NCBI GenBank assembly: GCA_965216565.1
Contig: OZ244170.1
Coordinates: 2,336,001 to 2,400,000 of the forward strand
DNA: 64,000 nucleotides
Direction: 5' to 3'
Origin: Bythopirellula sp.
Lineage (GTDB): Bacteria; Planctomycetota; Planctomycetia; Pirellulales; Lacipirellulaceae
Under the pieces are notes generated by a model that ran no database searches, was not told the DNA's origin, and was given only the letters and a program-made list of their open reading frames with translations. The position numbers and the translations under genes were made by a program. Positions within the stretch are counted from its first letter, which is position 1; every line of letters starts with the position of its first letter. This document shows positions 38,303-51,540 of this stretch, one piece after another.

Positions 38303-40255
38303 TCAAACTGCACTCGAAACCCTTGTCTTCTCTGCTTCCTGCGTTAGTTCTCGCCTGGCTCGGGCTAAGGCGCTCGAGGCAAAAATAAGCGGATACAGAC
38401 GCTCATAATACCACAACTTGGCGAAGTAGAAACCTATGGGGGCAGGCTCTTTGTGACGGTTCTGCTCGACGGCGTCGATCAACCAGGAGACTCCATGCTC
38501 GACGGCAGTTCGGAATTCCGGCTGGCGATCCACGAAAGGCAACAATGCCTCGATGGCCAGGGCGGTTTCTTCCACGCTGGGTGCAATTCCAGATTCGTTC
38601 ATTTGCTTGAGCAAAATTGGCTTCTTAGGCAAAGCGGTGCCCCAGGCGCCACTCGCATGCTGAACACTCGCCAGCCACTTGGCCGCACGCACCGCCATCT
38701 CTGTGTCGCACCATCCCAGGTCTCGGCACATCTGCAGCACTTTGGAAGTCCCATAGACAGGATTCTGTTCGGCCATGTGATGTTGATTGCCAAACCACAA
38801 GGGCAGGAAGCTACCGTCTGTTTGTTGCTGGCGTCCAAGATATTGAGATCCCAACGAGACAGCGCTGGAAACTCGCCGTGCGAATGGCTTGTTGGATTGT
38901 GAAAGATTGAGCAGAAGCTTCCAAGTGTTGAGCGCTCGCATGGCGTGGGCGGTGATATCGGTGCTGCTGCGGTCAAATGGCAATCGCCCCCAGCCCCGGC
39001 AGAAGGTCGGCCAACCGCCATCCTTATTCTGTATTTCCAAGAGCCACTTCACGCCAGCTCGGGCAGCAGTTTTGATTTCCGAGTCGCGAATCTCAGGCCA
39101 CCGACGGTTCCAAGCTGCCAAGGCTAGTAAGGCAGCCGCCGTATCGTCTGCATCGGGGATCCCACCGGACAGATCGGTCCAAGCCCAGCCACCTGGCAGC
39201 GCTCCCGTCGCTCTATGAATCTCCTGATGTTGACACGAAAGCAACCAATCAAGCGATTGGTGCGCCTCGGCCGAGGGTCCTCCCGTTTGGTAAGCATCGT
39301 CCTCCAGCTTCCAGTTGAGCGCTGTCAGCGTCTGGGAACTGTTCCAGGTAGCAAGATTGGAATCAATAGGCCAACTTCCATCTTCCCGGACCGAAGAGAG
39401 CAAGAATCGCACCCCGCGCCGTACCACCGGATGTTCGACCAGTCCCATACTCGAAAGACTCATCACTACAAAGCTTGTCAGCGGCGTGGCTTCCAGGAAA
39501 CCTCCCGAAGCGGGTTGCATTTCGTTCAGGATTTCCAAGCTGCGATTCTTGGCCGCAGTGCGTAACCAGCGCACTAATGGGTTGCGAGGCGCTGCGTGGT
39601 GAAAGCGAGCTTGCCCAATTGCTACCAGAGCCGGCAGGGCATAGCTGACGACTGGTAAATTCAAATGATGATAGAGTCGCTGCGGCAGGCAGGCCAGTTC
39701 AAAAGGCAACGCGGGAACCTTGCGCCACGGCACCATATCTGCAAGTGCACAGTTGGTAAGAATCGGTACCGCGAAGGTCTTGTCGCCGGCGTATCGCTGC
39801 TTGAGCGCCGGCAGACCTCCCTGAGCCGCGACATATTGTGCGGCTCGCGCCATCAGATCGTTGTACTTGGCTGGCACACCCGTTAGCTGAAATGCCGCCT
39901 GAACCAACATCGTGGTTGCGATATTCGACAGGCTTTGATCAGTATCGCCCCAGCCGCCATCCTCATTTTGTTGCCCAGCCAGCCAGTGCAACGAATGAAC
40001 GATTAGCTCGCTCAAATCTCCCTGATAAATTTCGTGGAGACTATCCTCAGAGCTTCCAGGAGAATAGGCAGGCAACCCGCAGCTTGTGCCATTCTGTTCC
40101 GCTAACACCAGTGCGCTGATGGCTGTAGCCGTAGAGAGCGGTGAACTCGACAGACGACCAGCCCAAAATCCGCGCGCATTTCGCTCCTCGAGCAGGTCAT
40201 TGCGAACAGATAGATGGGCGGCAGCTAACCGCTCAGTATCAACAGGGGAAGTCAT
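38303..40255 (-). CDS. Class II terpene cyclase, squalene-hopene-cyclase-like (beta-gamma)
   Basis: PDADDTA (DxDD) and QW repeats (QNEDGGWG, QNKDGGW, QQTDGSF, QHASGAWG). Lacks several canonical Shc signatures. Confidence 0.85.
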   Translation of the reverse strand: MTSPVDTERLAAAHLSVRNDLLEERNARGFWAGRLSSSPLSTATAISALVLAEQNGTSCGLPAYSPGSSEDSLHEIYQGDLSELIVHSLHWLAGQQNEDGGWGDTDQSLSNIATTMLVQAAFQLTGVPAKYNDLMARAAQYVAAQGGLPALKQRYAGDKTFAVPILTNCALADMVPWRKVPALPFELACLPQRLYHHLNLPVVSYALPALVAIGQARFHHAAPRNPLVRWLRTAAKNRSLEILNEMQPASGGFLEATPLTSFVVMSLSSMGLVEHPVVRRGVRFLLSSVREDGSWPIDSNLATWNSSQTLTALNWKLEDDAYQTGGPSAEAHQSLDWLLSCQHQEIHRATGALPGGWAWTDLSGGIPDADDTAAALLALAAWNRRWPEIRDSEIKTAARAGVKWLLEIQNKDGGWPTFCRGWGRLPFDRSSTDITAHAMRALNTWKLLLNLSQSNKPFARRVSSAVSLGSQYLGRQQQTDGSFLPLWFGNQHHMAEQNPVYGTSKVLQMCRDLGWCDTEMAVRAAKWLASVQHASGAWGTALPKKPILLKQMNESGIAPSVEETALAIEALLPFVDRQPEFRTAVEHGVSWLIDAVEQNRHKEPAPIGFYFAKLWYYERLYPLIFASSALARARRELTQEAEKTRVSSAV

Positions 40256-40453
40256 CGAGCCGACTGGCTCCGGGGTTGGTGGGGCAGCCGAACCAACCGG
40301 TCCGACGCAAATCAAATTTTAAGTGCAGTAGCCCAACGTGTCGAGTGCCGCGACCGCCAGCAATCGGGGGGGAAACCTTTCTGCCGCTAGTTTGATAGGC
40401 CCAAAACAGGCATAATATTTTGTATCAAAATCGTCCAAACCCAATAGGGCCGC

Positions 40454-41686
40454 ATGTATCTCCGCTACGCCAAAAGATTGCTGACCGAAACAGATAAACG
40501 GCTCCTTTGGAAGTTGACCTGGAATTTCGCGTACAAGGGCGCACGAGCCATCGGTAAGCATAAGCGCCGCCTCGCACGGGGGGAATTCTTCCCACCCTTC
40601 TTGTACATTTCGATCATCAATAGCTGCAATCTTCGCTGCCAGGGTTGCTGGGTGGATGTCGCTGCCAAACAGGAGAAGATTGAAGTCGATGCGCTGTCGC
40701 GCGTCATTACCGAAGCAAACGCGGCGGGGAACTACTTCTTCGGCATCGTCGGTGGCGAACCGTTTATGCATGCCGACATCCTCGAAATCTTTCGCCGGCA
40801 TCCAGACTGCTATTTCCAAGTCTTCACCAACGGGCATTTCATCACGCCCGAGGTCGCTGCGGAGCTGCGCAAATGTGGTAATGTCACGCCGCTGATTAGT
40901 GTCGAAGGCACAGAAATTGTGAGCGATGAGCGACGCGGCGGTGCCGATGTGCTCAACAAAACTATGCAGGGCATCCACAACTGTATCGAACACCGCGTCA
41001 TTACCGGCGTTTGCACGAGCGTTTGTAAAACGAATCTCGACGATCTGGTGAACGAGGCGTGGGTCGATCGCTTGATCGAGCTGGGCGTGCTGTACATGTG
41101 GTACCACACCTATCGACCCATGGGACCAGAGGCCGCGCCGGAACTGGCGTTGTCGCCGGAGGAGCAAGTTCGGATCCGACGCTTTGTGGTCGAGATGCGT
41201 TGCCGCAAACCGATCGGTATTATCGATGCCTACTACGACGCGGGCGGTCAGGCATTGTGCCCCGCCGCTACCGGTTTCACGCACCACATCAGCCCCTGGG
41301 GCGACATCGAGCCGTGCCCCATCGTGCAATTTGCCAAGGATTCGATTTACGACGAGCGCCCCTTGGCCGACACGTTTAACAATTCGGAGTTTTTGAAAGA
41401 CTTCCGCGAACTCGCCGCCTCGCAAACCCGTGGCTGCATCGTGCTCGAGCGCCCCGACCTGCTACACGAGCTAACAGTCCTTCACGGTGCCCGCGATACC
41501 ACAGCCCGTCAGAGCGCCGTTGGGGAACTGCAATCGATGCATCCCCGCCCCTCACAATACAACGTGCAGGAGCAAGTCCCCGAAAAAAGCTGGGCATACC
41601 GCTTCGCCAAACGGCACTTCTTCAACGACTTCGGAGCTTATGATGCGCCCCAGAATCCAATCGATCGTCTTACCCAGAACGCTTAA
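40454..41686 (+). CDS. Radical SAM protein with SPASM/Twitch domain
   Basis: CNLRCQGC, GGEPF, TNG, and C-terminal CPAATG...GDIEPC...GC. Confidence 0.9.
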   Translation: MYLRYAKRLLTETDKRLLWKLTWNFAYKGARAIGKHKRRLARGEFFPPFLYISIINSCNLRCQGCWVDVAAKQEKIEVDALSRVITEANAAGNYFFGIVGGEPFMHADILEIFRRHPDCYFQVFTNGHFITPEVAAELRKCGNVTPLISVEGTEIVSDERRGGADVLNKTMQGIHNCIEHRVITGVCTSVCKTNLDDLVNEAWVDRLIELGVLYMWYHTYRPMGPEAAPELALSPEEQVRIRRFVVEMRCRKPIGIIDAYYDAGGQALCPAATGFTHHISPWGDIEPCPIVQFAKDSIYDERPLADTFNNSEFLKDFRELAASQTRGCIVLERPDLLHELTVLHGARDTTARQSAVGELQSMHPRPSQYNVQEQVPEKSWAYRFAKRHFFNDFGAYDAPQNPIDRLTQNA

Positions 41687-41699
41687 AACGACTTTCTAG

Positions 41700-42089
41700 G
41701 TGTCGTCCTACAGACTGTTTCGAGAGGCTAGCGTGGATCCATTTCCTGAAGATTGGGAACTTCTGGCTCTATTCGAGGTCGAGCCCGTGCTCACTGACCT
41801 AAACGTCCCTTGGTCTTACAACAAGCTGACGTTTGAAACTAAGAGGGAAGAATACCTTGTTCGGTGTGAGATTGAGCCAAGTTATGAAATCATTCGACTC
41901 TCATGCTGGCAGATGGGACGAGAGCTTTTCTCTCTCGACCTACACTGGGTAATTTCTTTGCGAGTGCACACGGGAGAGGGCAAAGACTACTTCGTAGCTC
42001 ACTTCCGCGACCCCAATCTTCTTCCTCTCGAATTTCATCTAAAACCCTCGGTTAGATTGCTTTGGGGAACAAGCTCTGATTGTCCTTAA
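41700..42089 (+). CDS. Hypothetical protein
   Basis: 129-aa GTG-start ORF 13 nt after the radical SAM gene, with no overlapping long ORF. Confidence 0.55.
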   Translation: MSSYRLFREASVDPFPEDWELLALFEVEPVLTDLNVPWSYNKLTFETKREEYLVRCEIEPSYEIIRLSCWQMGRELFSLDLHWVISLRVHTGEGKDYFVAHFRDPNLLPLEFHLKPSVRLLWGTSSDCP

Positions 42090-42200
42090 GCTCTACTAGT
42101 TCCCCGCCGGGGGCTTATTCCGGCTTACATCTAAACGCAATCTGCATTCGCATTGAAGCTGATTCGTCCGTGCTCGAAGCGGTTCGTGTGTTGCCTAAGT

Positions 42201-42356
42201 CCGTAGGCTGGGTTAGCCGCTAGGCGTAACCCAGCTTTAGGTTATGTCAGAATTGTCACCGCACCTCTGCCTGCCGGTATCCCACAATGGAGCATCTAAT
42301 TCTGAGAGGCCAATGAGGGATGCTGGGTTACGCCTAGCGGCTAACCCAGCCTACGG
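42201..42356. repeat. GTAG-family REP doublet (REPIN): perfect 35-bp inverted repeat
   Basis: CCGTAGGCTGGGTTAGCCGCTAGGCGTAACCCAGC (42201-42235) and its exact reverse complement (42322-42356). Each unit is GTAG plus a hairpin. Confidence 0.9.
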
Positions 42357-42453
42357 TACTACGATTCTGTGCTGCTGAAAAAAGCTGCTACAATAACGAA
42401 AGCAATCCAGCAGCAGTAGCACCGAAGAAACCTCGTGGGGGAGGGCCCTCTTT

Positions 42454-43281
42454 TTGGCGGAGCGATCTAAATCTGCGGAGCAAGATCCGCGTCGGTTGCT
42501 TGCGGAACGTCGCATGCAGGCGGCGCATGCGGAGTTGGAAGCCAAGGAGGCTGAATCTTCTCGCTCGCGTCGCAAACCTAAACCGACGAGGGACCGAGAT
42601 TTCAAGGCCGCCGATCTGCAGCCCTCGATCTCCGGTTCTACGATTATCCATTGCATCTTGCTGATGATGGTGCTCCTGCTCTGCGACCTCTCGGTCATCG
42701 GTTGCCTGATCTTGCTGAGCGTGGTGCCCATTGCTGCTTGGGCGACATGTTTGGCAGCGGGCGTGCTCAATGCCGTCGGGCTCTCCTACGCATCGGCGTA
42801 CTATCTGGGAGTCATCGAATCGACATCCAACGGACATACGACTCCCGATGAATCGTTGCGGGAAGATTGGCGGAGTTGGTTTTGGACCTTGCCCTCCACC
42901 CTGGGCATGTTGGCGCTCGCGGCGTTTGTCGGCTATGGCTTGAGTCGTGTCGTTCCCAATTTATCGATCGAGATCATCGGCATCACCACTTGGTTCCTCT
43001 ATCCAATTCTCCAACTCTCGACACTAGAGACAGGATCACCGCTCGAACCAATTTCTATGCCGATACTCCGCACGCTCGTTACGCGGCCCTTGGCCTGGTT
43101 AGCGTTCTACTCTGTTTCTTTTCTGTTCATGTTGTTTGGTTATGTGCTTATGCGGCTCACTTGGATGGATCCACCGATCCTTTCGGTATTGCTCGGCGGA
43201 CCGATGGAGGCGGTTGGGTTGTTATGCTACGGTTGGATGTTGGGGCAACTTGGCAAATACTTCACGCTGGGTGGTGGATAA
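42454..43281 (+). CDS. Hypothetical multi-pass membrane protein
   Basis: About 6-7 hydrophobic segments after a charged N-terminus. TTG start uncertain. Confidence 0.7.
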   Translation: MAERSKSAEQDPRRLLAERRMQAAHAELEAKEAESSRSRRKPKPTRDRDFKAADLQPSISGSTIIHCILLMMVLLLCDLSVIGCLILLSVVPIAAWATCLAAGVLNAVGLSYASAYYLGVIESTSNGHTTPDESLREDWRSWFWTLPSTLGMLALAAFVGYGLSRVVPNLSIEIIGITTWFLYPILQLSTLETGSPLEPISMPILRTLVTRPLAWLAFYSVSFLFMLFGYVLMRLTWMDPPILSVLLGGPMEAVGLLCYGWMLGQLGKYFTLGGG

Positions 43282-43286
43282 TTATA

Positions 43287-43306
43287 TTTTTTTTTTGGGG
43301 GGGGGG
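43287..43306 (+). repeat. Adjacent homopolymers T10-G10
   Basis: TTTTTTTTTTGGGGGGGGGG in the 34-nt intergenic gap, ending 9 nt before the GTG at 43316. Confidence 0.9.
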
Positions 43307-43315
43307 TACGCGATC

Positions 43316-43924
43316 GTGACGACTCTACAAAAATCGAAAACGCTGTATGCTTCTATCCACATCGCTTTGCTGTTGATGTTAGTCGGCTGCGGTTCCCAAC
43401 CGGCTGAAATCCCGACGAGCTACGCCCCGTACTTTTCCAAAGGTGGAACCTTCCAGTGCGAGGTCCCGGAAGACTGGGAGGCCAAAGGGGGCGGCAAGCA
43501 TGGTCCTGAGTGGGCGAAGATCGCTTCCGGCGATGCGTTGATTCACATCAAGGTCGGCGTGGCCGGCTCTTTGATGAACGACGCGGCAGGTGGAAGTATC
43601 CCCGGCGGAGGGGGCCTCCCACAGTTTGAACCCGTCCATGATATTCACATCGTCAATGCGGAAATCGCAGAGCAGCAGTACCCAGAATACACCGAACTTG
43701 CAGGTAGCCCGGTAGTGCTCAAATGCAAGCTGGGCCCCGCGCGAATTAGCGAGTTCACCGCCCAATCGGCATTCGGCACCGACCAGCACGGTTATCGCGC
43801 CACAATCATCGGCCACAGCAAATCGCTCAATGTCATTTGCATCTGCAACGAATCTGATTGGGCAGCACTTAAGCCAACTTTCGACAGAGTCTTCGTCACG
43901 CTGGATCGCGGTACGAGCGAATGA
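43316..43924 (+). CDS. Hypothetical lipoprotein
   Basis: GTG start, hydrophobic stretch and lipobox LVG-C. Confidence 0.7.
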   Translation: MTTLQKSKTLYASIHIALLLMLVGCGSQPAEIPTSYAPYFSKGGTFQCEVPEDWEAKGGGKHGPEWAKIASGDALIHIKVGVAGSLMNDAAGGSIPGGGGLPQFEPVHDIHIVNAEIAEQQYPEYTELAGSPVVLKCKLGPARISEFTAQSAFGTDQHGYRATIIGHSKSLNVICICNESDWAALKPTFDRVFVTLDRGTSE

Positions 43925-43947
43925 ATCCGCTAAGCGGCAACCCACTA

Positions 43948-43990
43948 GTCCCCCACCCACGTTTTCGGGGGAGGGGTTAGGGCAGGGGGC
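43948..43990. repeat. Degenerate CCCC...GGGGAGGGGTTAGGG-type intergenic hairpin repeat between convergent genes
   Basis: GTCCCCCACCCACGTTTTCGGGGGAGGGGTTAGGGCAGGGGGC, single copy in the window. Confidence 0.4.
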
Positions 43991-43992
43991 TT

Positions 43993-45318
43993 TCACAATT
44001 CGTACAAATTCTCGAAATCGCGTCGCACACTGCGTCGGACAAACAACCTGCAAAGACCACCCAACACCAACAGTTGCCAGGAGAAAGGCTCGGGGATAGC
44101 CGCTACGGAAGCTGGGGTGCCAGTCCACTCTTCCTGCCACTTTAGAAAATCCAAACCGTCAACGTGGCCATCGCCATTGGCATCCCCCTCGGAGCGCAAC
44201 GTGCCTGTGGCGTAGCCCGTCTCCCAGACTGTACGATCGGCGGAATCGACCGTCCTGGTGAAATTGAAATCACTTCCCGCGATGCTCGGCAAACGAAAAT
44301 CGACCACCACCGGCAGGTGATCGTAATTGTCACCAAACGTATCGACCGTGATGTCGTAAAGCTGAAGCCCTGTAGCGACACGCTCTGCCGGGCTCATGGC
44401 AACCGTATTCAGCACAAATTGATTACCGACGTCCAACACCGAATCGGAGTAGATAATGTAATCGAGGACTCCGGGATCGAAGCTTGAGTTGTCGTTTCTC
44501 CAAGTGTATTCGTCGGTGCCCGAGCCATTGTGAACCGGACGGGCATCGGTCAGATGGCTGCCATCCCAATCGGGAATAAAATCGGGGCCGTAGGTCGATT
44601 CGTCGATGATATTGCCGTCGATCAAAGTATCGAGCGGTTGAGGTCCGCCAACGATATTCAAATCTCCCAAGACCGCAAACGGTGTTCCCGGCGTTAGGTC
44701 GACCGCACCGCCGGGCGTGCGTGCATCGCGAAGCCAATTGACGATGGCGTCCGACTGCTCTTGTCTCTGATCGTCTTCACTGCTTCCTGGACTGCCACAA
44801 CATTTGTAATGGTTGTTCATGAAATAAAAATCAGACTCGAATTGCGCATCGGGCAAGTCGACCAGCGCGATCGCTTGTTGCCTATCCCCTGAGGGAACCG
44901 TATCGACGGCAGTCATCGAGAGCGGGTACTTGCTGGCAATCACATTGTCGCCACCCTGATGCACCTGCCAGCCATTGCCACCGATCGGGTCAATCGTATT
45001 GAGCAACGTTTGCACGTCCGCCGCTGTCTTCGGGATGCAGGACTGACAAAAGAAGTGGCCGATCTCCTGCAGATTCCAAATGTCGGCGTCCAATGCGGCA
45101 ACCACCCGTTCGAACTTAGCCGCTTGTGACGGATTGTTTTCGGCAAAAATCGTATCCCACAAGACGTTGTAGGAAACAACCCGCAAATCCGTGGCTTGCT
45201 GACGATCAACAAAAGTCCCAGTCTGGGCCGTGACACGGGGGGCCTGGCAAAAGACAAGTGCCAAGAATAGCCAACCCAAAGTCAGCGAACCTACCAGCTG
45301 AAAGTCTAATCTGTACAT
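43993..45318 (-). CDS. Secreted endonuclease/exonuclease/phosphatase-family protein with dockerin-like repeats and PEP-CTERM
   Basis: RVVSYNV, LQE, NHYK, GDLN, LDYI, DHLPV, GDANGDGHVDGLDFLKWQ, and IPEP-TM-RR tail. Confidence 0.88.
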   Translation of the reverse strand: MYRLDFQLVGSLTLGWLFLALVFCQAPRVTAQTGTFVDRQQATDLRVVSYNVLWDTIFAENNPSQAAKFERVVAALDADIWNLQEIGHFFCQSCIPKTAADVQTLLNTIDPIGGNGWQVHQGGDNVIASKYPLSMTAVDTVPSGDRQQAIALVDLPDAQFESDFYFMNNHYKCCGSPGSSEDDQRQEQSDAIVNWLRDARTPGGAVDLTPGTPFAVLGDLNIVGGPQPLDTLIDGNIIDESTYGPDFIPDWDGSHLTDARPVHNGSGTDEYTWRNDNSSFDPGVLDYIIYSDSVLDVGNQFVLNTVAMSPAERVATGLQLYDITVDTFGDNYDHLPVVVDFRLPSIAGSDFNFTRTVDSADRTVWETGYATGTLRSEGDANGDGHVDGLDFLKWQEEWTGTPASVAAIPEPFSWQLLVLGGLCRLFVRRSVRRDFENLYEL

Positions 45319-45473
45319 TGTACGGTTGTTCCTGAATTGACTGTGCGCGGACTAGCTCCATTGTCAGCCCCACTCACTTTTGGGATAATTATTAGTTTAC
45401 ACAAATCTTTCATTGCTGAACTGCAGAAAACCTTGCCATGACTCAGCAGGTTTGACCAAAAGCCAGGATTACG

Positions 45474-49184
<3,711 letters not shown>

Positions 49185-49250
49185 TCAAACTCTGTCACTC
49201 GTCAGTGTGAGGTGCCACCGCGCAGCGGGGGTATACCGTTCCTGCCTGCC

Positions 49251-50402
49251 TTATTGTTCCTCAGTAGCAGCTTTATTCTGCTGGTCTTCGACCTCGAATT
49301 TCAAAGCTGCAGAGTTCATGCAGTAACGAAGGCCCGTAGGTTCAGGTCCGTCGTTGAAGACGTGTCCTAAGTGGGCATCGCAGCGGGCACAGCGGGTTTC
49401 GGTTCGCGTATAAAGGAGTTTGCGATCCTTGTGCTCAGAAACGTTGTCTTTATCGATGGGCTGATAGAAGCTGGGCCAACCCGTGCCCGACTTATATTTG
49501 GTTTCTGCATCGAAAAGCGGCAGTCCACAACATACGCACTTGTATACGCCATCGCGTTTGTTATCCCAGTATTCATTCTGGAAAGGACGCTCTGTCCCTT
49601 CTTGCCGCGTGACGCGGTACTGCTCGGGCGTGAGTTTGCTCTTCCAGTCTACCTCTGACCAGTTGACTTCCTCGGCTGGACTCGATTCTTTGCTTTCCAT
49701 GTTGCCCTCGTCATTCTTTCTGAGAATTCCGTCGAATGCCTTACGGAATTTGCTAAGCTTCGGTGCGATGATTGCTCGGCAATAACCTTGCTCGGGGTTA
49801 CGACTAAAGTAATCCTGATGATATTTCTCGGCGGGATAGAATTCCTCGGCAGGGCTAATTTCCGTAACAATCGGACCGGCAAAAGCGCCTGACTCATCCA
49901 GTTTGGATCGGATCTCTTCGGCGATTTCCTTTTGACTTTCGTTCTCGTAGAAAATCACGGAGCGGTATTGCGTTCCGACGTCTGCTCCCTGTCGATTGAG
50001 CGTAGTTGGATCGTGTGTTCGCCAAAAGACTTCCAGCAATTGGGCAAAGGAGACTTTCTGCGGATCAAACTCGATTCGAACGACCTCGGCATGGCCGGTA
50101 AAACCAGAGCAAATTTCTTCGTAGGTAGGATTTGCTTTCTTTCCTCCGCTGTAGCCTGAGGTTACTGAGTGAACGCCGTCAATTTCTTGATAAACAGCCT
50201 CGGTACACCAGAAACAGCCGCCTCCAAACGTGGCTTTGGCTAAGTTAGAATCTTGGTTCATTTTTTCCTCAGCTTGATCAGACTTAGTGTCACTTCCCTG
50301 TGAGAGCGGTTGCTCGGCGGGCGGGATCGCATAGGCTGCCAGGCAGACCAATGCCAGGCCAAAAAACAATGTTAGATAATGCGTAAGCTTGAAGCGAATC
50401 AT
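49251..50402 (-). CDS. msrAB: Exported bifunctional methionine sulfoxide reductase MsrA-MsrB
   Basis: Signal peptide, MsrA GGCFWC and EKYHQDY, MsrB GTERPF, two CxxC and RYCMNS. RBS GAGGAGG. Confidence 0.95.
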   Translation of the reverse strand: MIRFKLTHYLTLFFGLALVCLAAYAIPPAEQPLSQGSDTKSDQAEEKMNQDSNLAKATFGGGCFWCTEAVYQEIDGVHSVTSGYSGGKKANPTYEEICSGFTGHAEVVRIEFDPQKVSFAQLLEVFWRTHDPTTLNRQGADVGTQYRSVIFYENESQKEIAEEIRSKLDESGAFAGPIVTEISPAEEFYPAEKYHQDYFSRNPEQGYCRAIIAPKLSKFRKAFDGILRKNDEGNMESKESSPAEEVNWSEVDWKSKLTPEQYRVTRQEGTERPFQNEYWDNKRDGVYKCVCCGLPLFDAETKYKSGTGWPSFYQPIDKDNVSEHKDRKLLYTRTETRCARCDAHLGHVFNDGPEPTGLRYCMNSAALKFEVEDQQNKAATEEQ

Positions 50403-50448
50403 GGATGTTGCCTCCTCAGGGCTCGCAAAAGTAGCCGATGTCTACAGG

Positions 50449-50478
50449 AATAGACGGCTCAAGCAAGTATCCCTTACA
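50449..50478 (-). promoter_or_regulatory. Candidate ECF sigma promoter for msrAB (GTAAG-N16-CGTCTA)
   Basis: Minus strand TGTAAGGGATACTTGCTTGAGCCGTCTATT, about 50 nt upstream of the msrAB start. Confidence 0.55.
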
Positions 50479-50599
50479 ACATTATTGATTTTAGACCGAG
50501 ATTAGCAGACGGGCACCCCGCATTCCGCCGAACCTGGGAAGCAAGGCTTCTGAACCTGATCGGTTGCGATCCCGCAAGTCTCGATTTTAGCGTCGGATT

Positions 50600-51400
50600 C
50601 TAGCGCCGTTTGAGAATCGACCGCTCGCCGCTACGAGGTTCGGGACTGGGTGGAACCAATAGTTCGGAAGAATCGTCAGGCGCTGTCACCGGCCCCGGGT
50701 CCTGCTGCCTTTGACTACCGTCTGGATCGCCCAAGATTGGACCGGCTTGTGTGAATCGGTCTACGACCAACTCCAGAGTAAAAAGGGTAGCTTTGAAAGG
50801 CTGCAGCTTCGAAATTTTTGCAAACTCAGCATCGTTCGCAACATTGCGAAAACGGTCTAATTTTTTCTCTAGTGCTGACAAGTCGATTGCCACTTCCTCG
50901 ATTCCTGGCGAACCAAGTGCAGTATCGGGAATCTCTAGATAGCGTTGCCAACCTGTGGGGTCGTCAAACTTCTCAAGTGAATCATGCAAGATTCGGGAAA
51001 GATCCCGCAGCGCAGAGACTAGTTCGGTTAACTCTAGCGCCTCGAGTTCCGCAGGACTCGGCAATGGGGGAGTTTCAGCCAGAGTCGGTGGCTCGGCTTG
51101 CACTTGGCCGAAGCTCTGCGATTGCTCAGTTTGTTCCAATGCTCTTCGTTCGGCGCGGATCTGACGTCTTAGTAGTCGGCGACGGGGGCCTACTTGAACG
51201 GCGCCTGGATCCACGGCAACGAATGGGGCTCGTACCGACGTTCCACCATAGGCGCCAACATCGACGCGTACAAAGGGAGCACGGACGGTAAGCCCGCCGC
51301 CTGGATATCTGCGGACAATCTGACTGTTGGCGTCTCCCGCCAAAACAAAGGTTATGGCGAAAAGTGAAAGGGCAATTTGCAATCCAAGCTTGCAACTCAT
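50600..51400 (-). CDS. Secreted hypothetical protein with VRAPFV repeats (planctomycete-type)
   Basis: Signal peptide from MSCKLG and a duplicated GG(L/T)xVRAPFV motif. Confidence 0.65.
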   Translation of the reverse strand: MSCKLGLQIALSLFAITFVLAGDANSQIVRRYPGGGLTVRAPFVRVDVGAYGGTSVRAPFVAVDPGAVQVGPRRRLLRRQIRAERRALEQTEQSQSFGQVQAEPPTLAETPPLPSPAELEALELTELVSALRDLSRILHDSLEKFDDPTGWQRYLEIPDTALGSPGIEEVAIDLSALEKKLDRFRNVANDAEFAKISKLQPFKATLFTLELVVDRFTQAGPILGDPDGSQRQQDPGPVTAPDDSSELLVPPSPEPRSGERSILKRR

Positions 51401-51540
51401 GTTGAGTTCTCTTTTTATTGAGCGATCAATCGGGAGGGTATCAGGCGAGGCTGGAATTCTAGTCGATTCAACAAATCCAGGCAAACGCCCAATACGCACC
51501 AACCTGACCTGGGGTTCAGAAAGCACCCTAAACCCATACT

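Noticed and set aside
40319..41425. 368-aa minus-strand ORF
   Set aside because: Antisense shadow of the radical SAM gene, with no recognisable motifs.
38303..41686. Standard hopanoid locus (shc + hpnH)
   Set aside because: The radical SAM lacks HpnH features and no other hpn genes are present. Hopanoid synthesis is not excluded but is unsupported here.
42201..42356. CRISPR mini-array or IS ends
   Set aside because: The units are inverted rather than direct, with no cas or transposase gene and only an 86-nt interior.
43136..43315. N-terminal extension of the lipoprotein ORF through the T10G10 tract
   Set aside because: Overlaps the upstream gene. The lipobox signal fits a start at 43316.
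45319..45473. Possible SAM, SAH or cobalamin riboswitch before metH
   Set aside because: No recognisable consensus elements, and the region is a short divergent promoter gap.
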